Shown here: piece by piece, positions 34,340 through 46,570 of the stretch
How the letters are laid out: the number at the start of each line of letters is the position of its first letter
How positions within the stretch are numbered: position 1 is the first letter of the stretch
Origin: Takakia lepidozioides
Taxonomy: Eukaryota > Plantae > Bryophyta
Direction: 5' to 3'
NCBI GenBank assembly: GCA_030704615.1
Contig: CM060733.1
Location: 28,706,001 to 28,770,000 of the forward strand
Length of the DNA stretch: 64,000 nt
Notes under the pieces: model-generated
Told to the model about the DNA's origin: nothing
The model's input: the letters and a program-made list of their open reading frames with translations, nothing else
Database searches by the model: none
Translations under genes and position numbers: made by a program

Positions 34340-35470
34340 TACCATGCCATCACCATTCCAAACAAAATAGGAAGCACAACATTTGAAAACCATTTCATTT
34401 GTAAACAAAATTTGTACAACACAAGTTTTTGCAATCGGATTCATGAGCTAGCTAAGCCGGACTAAGCATACATTTCCTCCCCCACGATCCAAGGTTGATG
34501 TCCCCATCAAGGCTTCTCCGCTTTTGAGGTCGCCCTTCAAAAGCTGCAATCGCCTCGGATGCGTTTCCCATTTCTGAGGCACGCACCTAAGTTGCCTCCA
34601 CTCAATGATAGCCCTTCCATTTCACGAGATACTCCGTTTCTCAATTCTTGAACCTCCTCGACTTAAGCATTGCCTCCACTTCGTACTCAAGTTCATTTTC
34701 ATGATCCAACAGCACAGGTGGTAGACGCAACATTTGATGCCGATTCGGACGCGCTTCATCTTTGAAGTAAGGCTTCAAAAGATAAACGTGGAATACCAGA
34801 TGCACCTTGCTGTTTGTCGGCAGTTCCAATTCATATACATCCTCATTCATAACCGTCCGGATGCGAAGGGGCCCCGCATACGGAGGTACGAACTTTGGAC
34901 TCACTTCCGGAGGTAGTCAAAAATTCTTGATGCTCAACCAAACCTCCGTGCTTGCCTCAAACTTAACTTCCCTCCGCTTCCAATTTGTTGGCCGTTCATA
35001 CCGTTTCCTAGCTTTGGCAATGTTGTACTTTGCGAGCTCCAACAAACGTTCGGGTTCTTCCAACACCGCTGCTGCTGCCGGCTCCTCACCATCTTGGGTG
35101 GCCCAATTTGTCGGCACCAGATGTGCTTTTCCATAGACCAATACGAAAGGGGAAACTCCTGTTGCGGAGTGTTTTGTGTTATTATAATAGAACTTTGTCG
35201 CATCCAAGTGCTCCACCCAGTCTAACTGGTCTGCCGATACATAATTCCGCAAGATCTGCTTCACCACGGAATTCACTCATTCCGTTTGGCCATCTGTTGT
35301 AGGTCGGAAGGCCGTGCTCATCTTGAGCCTCGTCCCCATTTTCTTCCAAAGTGCTCTCAAAATTTACTTATAAACTTTGGATCACGATCCGAGACAATAT
35401 CCTTCGGGAGTCCATGATGCTTGAAGACGTGGGCGAAGTAAAGTCGTCTCGTCTCCTGCACTGGATAGAG
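34340..35470 (-). mobile_element. Ty3/Gypsy chromovirus 3' remnant (integrase, GPY/F-like motif, chromodomain, PPT, partial LTR)
   Basis: LPKDIVSDRDPKF, TDGQTE, PYAGPLRI, EYEVEAML...YLVKWKGY; PPT TGGGGGAGGAAA at ~34473-34484. Confidence 0.9.
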
Positions 35471-38400
35471 GAGAGCTGAGGGAGATGTATTGTCCAACCA
35501 GCAATTTTCACCATCCTCCCTCCGGTCCCAGGAACCTTGGCAGCAATTTTCCAAGCGACTTGGGTTGCTGGGTCAAGCACCCCTAAGCCCCATTTTTTCT
35601 TGGGCAAGGTAATGGCACCATATTCCTAAATCCAACCATCGTTAACAGTTAACACCTAGTACAAAAATAAAAAATAAGATAAAAAAACACTTACATATCG
35701 TATTTGTAGGATACATATGTAATGTATCTACTATAATTTGTCATAGACTTATTTTTTCCTTTCTTTTTAATTTGAGTAATCATAGGGGCGGCCGCCTCTC
35801 ATTTTAAGATAATAGGGTCTTCAATGGGCACGTGCGATGTGGCCGGTGGGCCCCGCGCACGGACGCCCGGCTCCCCAGCACCCCGCCCGCCGCTGCGCGC
35901 GGTCGCCCAGCCGTGGGCGCGGCTGCAGCAACCGCGCCCGCGCCCCCGTCCGCCGCGCGGTCAGTCTCCTGCCCATGAGTCCGCTGCCCTCCAGTCTGCC
36001 AGTCCGCTGCTGGCCAGTCGGCTGCCCAGCAGTCCGCCAGTCCGGTGCTAGTCAGTCCGGTGCCCAGCAGTCTGCCAGTCCGCCAATCTGCCCGCCAGTC
36101 CGCTGGCCAGTCCCCTGCCATCTAGTCCGCTGACGGCGCAGGATCGCCACCGTCCATTCCCATAACCCATCCGAGCCCTCCATTTTTAGGGCTGCAATTC
36201 AAACCTGCATCCCTGCCGCCTGCCACTTGCCAGCAGCCGCGAACGTGCGCACTGTTCTCCTAGCACGTTGTCGATCGTGTCATGTACTGCGGCGCGTTTC
36301 TTGCATGTTCAAAAGCGTGTCCTTTGTACTGTATAGGGCATGGACGTGGAAGCAAAACCCGATGATATATTGATCACGAAAAGTCCGCTTCAACAGGAAG
36401 GATCTCCATTGGAAGAGTGAGACGCAATATGTGTTTATGGGTGTACGAGTGAATGTTGAAAAGGCATGCATACCTTGGGATAGAGTTGGTGACTTCGTCC
36501 TGGGAGAGGAGAGTTTGGAGGACTACCCCACTCAGTTTTGGGTGAATGTCCATTCTAAAGTGGAATCCGGCTCGCGAAAAGCACCCAGAGCCAACACATT
36601 TCTGTCCAGTATTATGTGTGTACCATCCTCAGTCCTTTTGGCGTTTCATTGCATGTCTGATGCCATTTTTTGTTTCACGAGTTCTCTGATTTTATGCTTC
36701 CTCAAGTCGTTGGATATCGATTTTAGAATTTTCTGTCCAGGTATCAATGCTGCTACGGTCCTGATGACAAGCACACCAACAAGGCAATAGTGGAGGATCC
36801 AAAACAGAAGCGTGAAGGATCTCTTGTGGGTGCTGGAACATCTTGCCCTCACAAAGGCCCAAGGAGAAAGAAGTCGGAGTATGGAGAGTCTTACAAATGT
36901 GGTTGCCAATGTTGTTTCAAGGTCCAGCAATGCTATCTCGCCCCTGATATCTGTGTCCTCACGTACTACAACAACATGGAGCATACAGATGCGCAAGGGA
37001 AACCCTCGCATGGGAAGTCCGCAGAGTTCAGGAACACCCGCCACGCCTATGCACCACACATTAGCGAGGAATTGAAAGCCTGGGTCGTCGAGTGTTTGTG
37101 CCGAGGCCTGTCGGTCGCCCAAATCATGATGGAGCATAAAGAGCACGTGATGAACAACACCGGCTTGGGCGATGCATGGACCCGCGATGATTTCTTGTTG
37201 GAGCAAGATGTTCGCAACCTTGCCGAGAAACGTGCGTGACAAACCTTAAAAAAGCACGCCGATGATGCAGAGAGTGTGCGCATGTGGAGAGACCAGAATC
37301 CTGCATCCGTTTTTTTCTATCAAGAGGAGAAATTAGAGCCAACATTCGAGCATTTTGATGGAGATTTGACATTCACTATTGGCATACAGACTCCGTGGCA
37401 GAAACGACGAATGCTGGAACTAGAACATGACCGTAAAGTTGCATGTGATGCAACCTTTGGGACAAATCATGACAAGGTACTATTCGAACGATTCCATGGA
37501 CTTGTATGATCATGATAGCATAGTACCATGCAACATTCACATAATATTTGGTGTGCTGACCCTTTCTGTATGTTTTCATGTGTACGTTGCGGAAGACCGA
37601 GGGGCAGACCCATTGTGAACCGCTACAGACCTCATCACTCTTATGAAGTCTTCTCGTGCAGAACTGAGCGGAATTTGCATGCTCTGACCATCTTACATTG
37701 TGCATTCCAACAGTTCCCATTGTACACGTTGATGGTCTTCGACGAGTGATTGAACGGTATACCAGTTGTCTATATCCTATCCGCGAGGAATCGGACAAGA
37801 GACCTGGTTCCGTGGATGAGAGCCTTGCGCGATTCACTCCTCGCAGATTTGCCGAGCTGACGGCCCAATGTCTTCATTGTGGACGATGCCGAAACAGAAA
37901 TCAACGCTATTCAGTAAGTCTGTTGGTCCACAGCACCGGTCCATTGTCGAGGTCCACTGCAGCAGTCCATTGCTACAGTCCACTGGCAGACTCCTGTGGC
38001 GAAACCCGATGGCAGTTCGCTGGGCAAATCCACTGGTAGTCCGCTGTCAAGTCCGGTCATCAGTCCCCTGGCAAGTCCGCTGCCAAGTCCACTCAGCAGT
38101 CCCCGGGGTCGGCCGTCTGCTGCCCAGTCCACTCGGCAGTCCCTGGCAAGTCCGCTCGGCAGTCCGCTGTGGCAGTCCAATGGGGCAGTCCGCTGATGCA
38201 GTCCGCTGCCCTAGTCCTAGCTAGGGGAAGTTCAATGGGGAAGTCCACTGGGTAGTCCAATGGGGTTATTCTAGCACATCAACGTCATGGCATTGTACTG
38301 TCCACTGAGCGAGTCTAGTGGCTCTGCCCGCTGATACAGGTCGTTGTTATAGTCCACTCCGGCAGTCCACCATTGCAGTCCAATCCCAAGACTCTAATGT

Positions 38401-39337
38401 GTATCATGTGTGTTGTGCAGAATTGTTTTTGAATGAGTACTCATTTTCCTCTGCCTTTCCGCAAGGCATGGGTGAAGCAATTATGCAAGAAAACGAAGGA
38501 TCCGGTGACCGCTGTAAACTTGTTGAAGGATATGGGAGACCTCATGTACTGTAGAGGGGGACCACGCAACGAGAAAAGAGTGCTTCGGTGGGTTGCAAGG
38601 AGAATCCGTCGTATGAGGCCAAAATACCCGAAAAGACATGAATTTCTTGACTATATCAAACAGTACTGGAAGCCCAAAATAGCATTGTGGTGTACAGCAG
38701 CCCGCCATGTCCCTCATGCGAGCCAAGACACAAACGCAAGCATTGAGGCATACCATGGAAATCTGAAGGCAAGACTTGCCATGGGGAAAGGCAAGATGAG
38801 TGGTCGTAGAGTGGACTAGCTTATATGGGAACTCACTGGCCGTGTGCTAACACACTACTGGTATGCAATCCATTTGAAGACCACTACAACAGATTGCGGC
38901 TTTTACGACTCCCATGGGTGCGCAGTCATGACAGATTTGTGGCAGAAAATGCCATTTGCAGTCGTAAAATGCTTTTGAAGTCATAATGCAGGTCTGGGGA
39001 AGGCGTATATGCGACTGCATGGCTCCGGACTCTGCGGAACACAGGTCAAACATGTTTGACCACGAATATTGGCATGGCAGATATGACTACCAGTCACGGT
39101 CATGGCTACACTAGAATGACGTGTGTATATTGTTAGAAAGACATATGACTTCATGACTCGCATTCTGCCAGATCATCACATGGATGAATCACTACATGAC
39201 TGCACATGGCAACACATGCTTTTCTGGTTATATATATAATATATGAGTATTTATATTTTGAAAAAACGGAGACTCTGACCACTAGAATCAATTTTTTTTT
39301 TTAAAACAAAATGCAATTTAAAAAAAAAAAAAAAAAA

Positions 39338-39548
39338 CACACATCGGCTGGTAAGTGCACAGTGTGTCGCCCTGGTGGTTTGGGGTTCAAACCCACTGCC
39401 TTATCCCGTGTATGGGATTGTTCGTGACAGTATGTCTGGGCGTTGATCGTCCTGTACGTCTTATGGCCCATAAATGAAGGCGGGTGAATTTTCCCCCCTC
39501 CTCAAGGACCTGTGGTTTCCTTTAAGAAAAGAAAAAAAAGAAAAAAAA
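39338..39548 (+). mobile_element. Putative tRNA-derived SINE
   Basis: B-box-like GGTTCAAACCC at 39384-39394, weak A-box upstream, ~210 nt long, A-rich tail 39523-39548, A-run upstream. Confidence 0.45.
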
Positions 39549-39868
39549 TCAAAGAGGGGCTTTTAGGGTTTACAAAAAGGTTAAAAAACTTAAAAAGTTG
39601 CCCATCACGGTAGCGTGAACAGACTTAGAGCGAGCGGGAGGGAGAGAGAGAGAGAGGGTTGGGACTTAGAGCGAGCGAACGGGAGAGAGGGCAAACATGC
39701 ATGGGAGGCCCGCAGTTGGATCAACCTTCGCATTTGGAGCAAGCAACCCTAGAAACGCTACGGTATGTGTGCGAGGAGGTTTTGGCTGGGAGCCCGCCGT
39801 TCTTGGGAGAGTCAGCTTCGTCTTAGCAGGCCGTGTTTCAATCTCTACCCGCTCGGCCCTGATTTTAC

Positions 39869-42800
39869 AGCACGGAGCTGAGCTGGCATGAGTTTCTAAA
39901 AGATCCTTCACGATGGTGGGACAACCACAATCGCAAGGTGTGGCTTTTTCTTAATGTACGATGTGAAGAAGTTTGTCCATCCTGCAAATGTGGGTTGTTG
40001 GCTCCTGTTAGTACCATGATTTGGTATTCTTCCTGATGTTTACAAGGTTCTTGGAGAGTTAGCTTGGTCTTAGCAGGCCGTGTTTCAATCTCTGCCCACT
40101 CAGCTGCACCGTGGTGGTTCTCACTGACCAATCCGACATTACCTGACTACAGAAACAAGCAGCACACTGAAGAGGTCCTCTTGGGTTCATGGTCAGTCAA
40201 ATCCTCCATGGGCCATGACACAAGGTCGAGGACAATGTGGTGAGGGCACCTTCTTCTTCGACCTATTTCAGCCTGTTTTGCCCTCTCATCAGACTCGGCC
40301 CTTCATTTGCAGCACGGAGCAGAGTTGGCATGAGATTTTTAAAGATCCTTCATGATGGTGCGACAACCGCAATGGCAAGGTGTGGCTTTTCCTTAATGTA
40401 CGATGTGAAGAAGTTTGTCCATCCTGCAAATGTGGGCTGTTGGCTCTTGTTAGTACCATGATTTGGTATTCTTCCTGATGTTTCAAGGTTCTTGGAGAGT
40501 CAGCTTGGTCTTAGCAGGCTGTGTTTCAATCTCTGCCTGCTCATCTGCACCGTGCTGGTTCTCACAGACCAATCCGACATTACCTGACTACAAGACACAA
40601 GCAGCACACACAAGAGGTCCTTTTGGGTTGATGGTCGGTCAAATCCTCTATGGGTTCTTCTTCGACCTATTTCAGCCTGTTTTGCCCTCTCATCAGACTC
40701 GGCCTTGAGATGCATATTGAATTATGTAAGTTAGCTCGTTGCTCATTGATAAGTAGGGTTGGGGGTGTTTGCTGGAATGATTGTTGTATGCATGATTTGT
40801 GCAGAGGCATAGATAGCTGAAGGAGCAGGGATAGAGTGTGGAAGAGGGCCAGATTTCAAGCTCCAGATTATCTATGATTCCCTGTGGAAGGATAGATACA
40901 AGAAACCTGCATGGGTAGATGGTCAATTGGAAGCAGCAGCAGCAGCAGCACTGCTAATGAAGGCACCTTCTGAAACACATTTCACCCTATTTTCCCCTCT
41001 TATCAGAATCGGGCCTAAATTTTCATGTTCAATTCTGCAAGTTAGCTGGTTGAGTGAATCTAGTTGGAGTGACTTTGACATGATACTGCCATGTGACAAG
41101 AGTATGCATTGAACCCATTGGTAGCGGGATATTGGGATATCTCTTGGCCATGTGCCATCATCAAAGCTGAACTGTACTACTAATTGTCATTCTGACCACT
41201 GCCCTAGTGGACATGTATGCCAAATGTGGGTGCAGCAAGCCTAATGCAAAGGGAGAGTTCGACAACATGGCTAAATGAGATGTGGTGTTGTGGACTGCCA
41301 TGATTGTAAGGTGTGTGTAGCATAGGTGTGGGAGTAAGGCTTTGGAAACCTAAGAACAAATGATGTGGGAAGGATGAAGCCAAACCAGGTCATGTTCATT
41401 TGTGTTTGTTAATATGCATATGCGAGCCTAGCAGCCCTGGGAAGGGGCCAAGAGGTTCATGGTGACATCATCAAAGCTGGAATTGTACCTGATGTCATTC
41501 TGAACATTCCCCTGGTGTACATGTATGTCAAATGCGAGCCTGGTAGCCCTGGAAAGGACGCAAAGGTCCATTATCAAATCTGGAATTGTACCACTAGATG
41601 TCACTCTAAACACTGCCTTGGTGGATATGTATGTCAAATGCACGCCTGGCAACCCTGAAAAAGGGTACAGAGGTCCACGGTGATATTGTCAAAGCTGGTA
41701 TTGTATTTGATGTGATTCTGAACGTTGCCGTAGTGGACATGTATGCCAAGGTTGCAGGGTGCAACTACAAGGATACATGGTTGTTTTGATAATATGGCTG
41801 AATGAGATGTGGTACCAGCCTAGCCCATAATTGCACTTACCTAGAGTAGGCAATGAGTGAAGACGGGGTTTGTGATGTTGATCGTCCAAGCTGGAATTAA
41901 ACAAATGTTGTTCTGAACTATGCCCTTGTGGACTTGTATGCCAAATTGGGGTGCATGGAGGATGATGATCCCAGGATATGCACAACAGCGGCACGGGATG
42001 GAGGCCCTTTGGAGAGGTCTATGAGCAAGTGGTGTGGGAAGGGATACTGCAGCGCAACCACATCGCGTTTGTTACATTTGCAACATGTGTGCAAGCCTGG
42101 CAGCCCTGCAAAATAGCAAAGAGGTTCGTGGTGGAATTGTACTAGATGTCGATCTGAACTTTGACATGATGCCAATGTGACAACAGGAAAGTATCCAGAA
42201 ATAGGTCACAGAGACGAGGAGAAGTTGTGGAATGGTGGGACAACCGAGGGAAAAAGGTTAATGTCTGTTAGATTATAGAGGGCAGACGCAATTCAGCATA
42301 GGAACTAGTGTGATAAGCTGAGTTGGGTGTTTCCTAGAACAAATGTAGGCTGTCATTATCAGCTGCAAGGCAAGGAAGTATGCATGATTTGTGCAGAAGC
42401 AGTGATAGCTGAAAGAGCAGGGATAGAGTATGGGTCCAGATTCATCCAAGAGGGCCAGATTTCAAGCACATGATTACCTATGATTACCTGTGGATTAAGC
42501 TATAAGAAACCTGCATGGGTAGATGGTGAACTGGAAGCCGCAGGAGTAGCGGCACAATTGATAAAATCAAGCACTGCTAATAAAGGCACCTTCTTCAACA
42601 CATTTCACCCTGTTTTTCCCTCTTATCAGAACCGGCCCTAAATTTCAATGTCTGCAAGTTAGCTGGTTGAGTGAATCTAGTTTGGAGTGACTTTGACATG
42701 ATATTGCCAATGTGACAACAGGAAAGTATCGAAAAACAGTTAACGGAGATGAGGGGAAGCTGTGGAATGAATACTTTTCTGACCCCAGTCAATGGTGGGA

Positions 42801-43110
42801 CAACCGAGGCAAAAAGGTAAATGCCTGTTGGATTACAGAGAGTAACATATGCAATTGAGAATAAGAACTAGTGTGGTAAGTTGAGTTGGGTGTTTGCTGG
42901 AACAAATGTAGGCTGTCATTGTCAGCTGCTAACAGCAATGCAAGGATATATGCATGATTTATGCAGAGGCATGGATAGCTGAAGGAGCAGGGATAGAGTG
43001 TGGGTCCAGATCATCCAAGAAAGCCGGATTTCAAGCTCCAGATTACCTATGATTCCCTGTGGAAGGATAGCTACAAGAAACCTGCATGGGTAGATGGTCA
43101 TGGGTAGATG
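39869..43110 (+). pseudogene. Reiterated exon fragments of an OSB-type PDF-motif gene
   Basis: WHEFLKDPSRWWDNHNRK|GT (~39869-39937), degenerate copy at ~40312-40379, LWNEYFSDPSQWWDNRGKK|GT (~42760-42816), HPRGPDFK..TYDSLW...KKPAWVDG.L (~40850, ~42440, ~43010). Confidence 0.75.
41140..42170 (+). pseudogene. Degenerate PLS-class PPR gene fragment
   Basis: TALVDMYAKCG ... DVVLWTAMI ... ALET.EQMM.EG; repeated TALVDMYVKC, EVHGDIVKAG; many stops and frameshifts. Confidence 0.85.
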
Positions 43111-44654
43111 GTAGATAGTTTGGAGTGACTTTGATATGATACTGCCAAAGTGACAATAAAAAAGTATCCATAAACAGGTAACAGTAGCAGATGCAATTCA
43201 GCACAGGCACTAAGGCAAACTCTCCTTCCCCGTAAGGGTGTGTTTTGGTATCTGAGCGAATAAATATTTTATCTAAGAATATAATTTCAAAAATTCGTTA
43301 TTTAATAATGTGCCACTGTCCCATGTTGGTCAGTAATAATAATTATAATAACAAATAATTATAATAATTATAATAATTATTTTAGTAATTATAATAACAA
43401 TAAAGTAAATCTACAACCCCCAACAGCGACGCGTGTCAATTGACATGAGGAACCACGTGTCAAAATCACGATGCGACACATGCTGACGTCTGATTCCCTC
43501 CTCTGCAGTCGGATGGCGTCGCAGTCTAACACGTGGCGTGTTCTGTAGAGAGCACGTATTTCTATTACACAGCGGCTGACATAGACCCGTTCAGTCATTC
43601 AGTAATGCCAGCGTGTATGACTACCCCCACAGCTGCTCTGGCGCCACGTGACAGCCAGCCTGGAGAGTCATATCTGCCATGTCACAACTGACTAGGTCTT
43701 TACGTCTGTAGAGTCAGGAAGTCGTAAATGGCTTCCATGACTGCATTTGCAGTCATAACACAGAGATGTAAAAGCCGCAATTTGTTGTAGTGAGCGGCAG
43801 ATTTTTGACTCCCACATTTGCTCACGCCACAACGCAGACATTTTGGTTCTGTAGGCACGACATAATGACCTGTGTATTTGGCAAGCCCAAGTACGGGATT
43901 TAGGGAATGCCGGAGCCTCCGGGCGTCTGGCCTGTTGCACCGGGTTGCAGCCTCTCTCAGAATGAGGCGGATGCTCTATCTGCAGCAGGATTTCGAATGG
44001 TGCAACGCACAGACGTCCCGGCCCACGCATTTCCAGTTCCTGAGACCCAGCCATTGCAGACTGCTCGGTCCAGTAGAGACGGATTGGACAATTCTGCACA
44101 TCCCACAATGCGATTCGGAAGAGTGAAGAGACAACACCCTCCCAACAAGTTGAATGAGACTCGGATTGCCAATGCTCTTGGGATGGCTTGCACTATTCAG
44201 AGCTCTATGGACGTACCTCCACCCGGCCTTGGGTGTGTTTATCGGATGGCAACGGCCGGCTCGGCTGTACGCGACGATGTATACACAATTACAATTGGAG
44301 TGGAGCCGACTTGCAATTGTACGAACTTCTCGTTGATGGAAGCAAAGAAGGGTTCAAAGTATTATCCGTGCAAGCATCTGTATTACATTTACCTGAAGAG
44401 GTTGAGGATGAACGTGACTATTGATGACTTTATTCATGCACCGGCGTTGAGCGTGAACGAGCTGCACAAACTCCTCCTTAGGGATTCCAGAAATCTTTGA
44501 TGGGGCAAAGGGAATCCTCCATATGGATATTTTCAATTGCATTTTCATGTATCAGACTTTTTTTTTGCAGTGTAATGAAATGCACCCCAAAACTCCTGGA
44601 ATGAGGCAATATTTCATTCAAACTGAGATCCAACAGAAGCAGTTGTGGGGCCAT

Positions 44655-45060
44655 TTCTGGAAAAATGACGCCGAATTTCTCTATTTTGGGCCGAAAACTG
44701 GCTAATTCCCAACATGCACTGGTACCCCTGTGTCAGGAAAAATGGCGCCGAATTTCCCTGTTTTGGGCCAAAAACTGGCTAAGTCCGAACATGCTCGGGA
44801 ACGATGTCTGGAAAAATGGCGCCGAATTTCCAGTTACATGGCCCAGAACTGCCCAACATCTGTGCAATCCCCGGCACCATGTACCAAAATTCGGCGCCAC
44901 ATTTCCAAATTTTGGGCTTACACACCTGTCATGAGGGGACCTATAGCCGCGGAATTCGGCACCATTTTTCGCCAGAGAAACCTATTACTGCGAAGTACGT
45001 CGTGATTCTTTCCGGTTACGGACCTTATTACCGCGAAATTCGGCGCCATTTTTGCACATG
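44655..45060. repeat. Cluster of direct and inverted AAAATGGCGCCGAATTT motifs (probable DNA-transposon subterminal repeats)
   Basis: Three forward copies (~44661, 44738, 44811) and three reverse copies (~44887, 44952, 45036). Confidence 0.7.
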
Positions 45061-45289
45061 TCGCTGGGAATTGGCATGAGCGGAAGACGAAATATCATGA
45101 GCACAACTCTCAAAACTACAATTTTCCCTTCAAGGAGCCGAATACTATATTTGTTTTTTCTGACACATTGCATTAAATTAATGTTTTATAATGTTTTTTA
45201 TTTTCAAAATTTGTACTTCTGCTCATGAAAACCGATTGTCTTGCTACTCCGCTCATGCCGCTCATGCTCATGAAATAGCTAACCTCCCA

Positions 45290-46570
45290 CACTTGAGATG
45301 AGTGATCTGCGTATTTCAAAGAGAATCGATATCAAACCAAAACTCAAAGTGGGGCACCCAAAACTGCTAATCTACTACTTCCCAAAGACGTGTGATCATC
45401 ATCTTCACACCGGAACTAGAAGCCATTTAAGGACACAAAGATATAGGAAGCTCACTTGGGCGCCAAAAAGAGGGCCGCGGGTATGCCTGTCACAGTTCCT
45501 AAATCCCATAGACTTGACAAGACAAGACAATGACAACATGAGATAGAACGCTTTCACGGAGCATAACATTAAGACATGATCACAATACAAGCAGGAATAT
45601 CTGCCTTGATGCCAACTGACATCTGAAACCCGTGTACCAACCAACGTAACAGATAACTACTTAGAATTGACTAGTAACTGTTACTCAACGTTCAGGTACC
45701 ATAGGGTGTGACGCTTCATATCATTAACACTCCCACTAAGCTAGCACCCTAAACACTCAGTACTGACATAGCATGTCTACACCAAATGTGTTTATCTCTT
45801 GGCACAGCCTTAGTGAACACATCTGCAACCATCTCTTCAGTGCTACTGAACTCTAGCAGTATCTCTTTACTCTCCACTTTCTCTCGAATAAAATGGTGTT
45901 GGATTTCTATATGCTTAGTTCTAGCATGAAACTTAGGGTTCTTAGTTAACGCTATACAACTCTGGTTGTCACAAGAGAGCCTAGTAGGATGAAGTTGCTC
46001 ATGACCAATACTCTTGAGTAAACTCCTCAACCATACAATCTCCTTGGCTGCTTGTGTAGCAGCAATGTATTCTGCTTCGGTAGATGACAATGCAACTGTT
46101 GCTTGCCTTTTACTACTCCAGCTAACAGTGGCAGAACTACCAAGCAAGAAAACATAGCCTGTGGTTGACTTCCGGTTATCAGGATGACTCGCCCAATCAG
46201 CATCACAGTATCCATGTAACTCAATATGACCAGCAGCCTTCTCTCTACTCCCACTGAAACATAAGCCATGATCTTCAGTTCCTTTAATATACCGGAAGAT
46301 TCGCTTTACAGCACTCCAATGTCGTATGCCAGGATTTACTAGAAACTGGCTCACTACTCCCACTGCAAAAGCCAAGTATGGTCTAGAACATATCATTAAG
46401 TACATCAAACTTCCCACAACACTTTGACATGGAACACCGCTCATAGCTTGCTTCTCTTCATCGCTTTGAGGATACATATCTGTACTCAACTTAACACCAG
46501 TTTTGAGTGGAGTACTCACTGGTTTGCAAAAGCTCATTCCAAACTTATTCAAAATAGTTTGCAATTCCTC
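45290..46570 (-). mobile_element. Ty1/Copia 3' remnant (RT C-terminus, RNase H, PPT, partial 3' LTR)
   Basis: ORF 45749-46678: VGSLMYL, GYCDADWA, SSTEAEY, CDNQSCI, RTKHIEIQHHFIRE, ADVFTKA; PPT AGTGGGAG then TGTTAATG at 45729; left LTR limit approximate. Confidence 0.92.

Larger units (their letters stand above)
38882..43792 (+). mobile_element. Pack-CACTA element 1 (4.9 kb) with captured PDF-motif and PPR gene fragments
   Basis: TIRs CACTACAACAGATTGCGGCTTTTAC and GTAAAAGCCGCAATTTGTTGTAGTG; ATGACT/AGTCAT subterminal repeats; TSD imperfect (GAC vs AGC); no transposase. Confidence 0.9.
36340..44500 (+). pseudogene. MULE/SWIM transposase (At4g13970/At1g60560-like), spliced, with stops, split by a CACTA at 38882-43792
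   Basis: IPWDRVGDFVLGE, CCYGPDD, KCGCQCCF, HTDAQGKPSHG, FTIGIQTPWQ, DATFGTN, FPLYTLMVFDE, FIVDD, DTNASIEAYHGNLK; SWIM CNC...CKH in ORF 43907-44500; in-frame stops near 37238, 37748 and 38817. Confidence 0.88.

Noticed and set aside
35804-36133. Overlapping Pro/Arg/Ala-rich ORFs here and at 59292-59821
   Set aside because: Artefacts of the GC-rich TIRs.
39345-39400. tRNA gene
   Set aside because: B-box present but no convincing cloverleaf; better explained as a SINE head.
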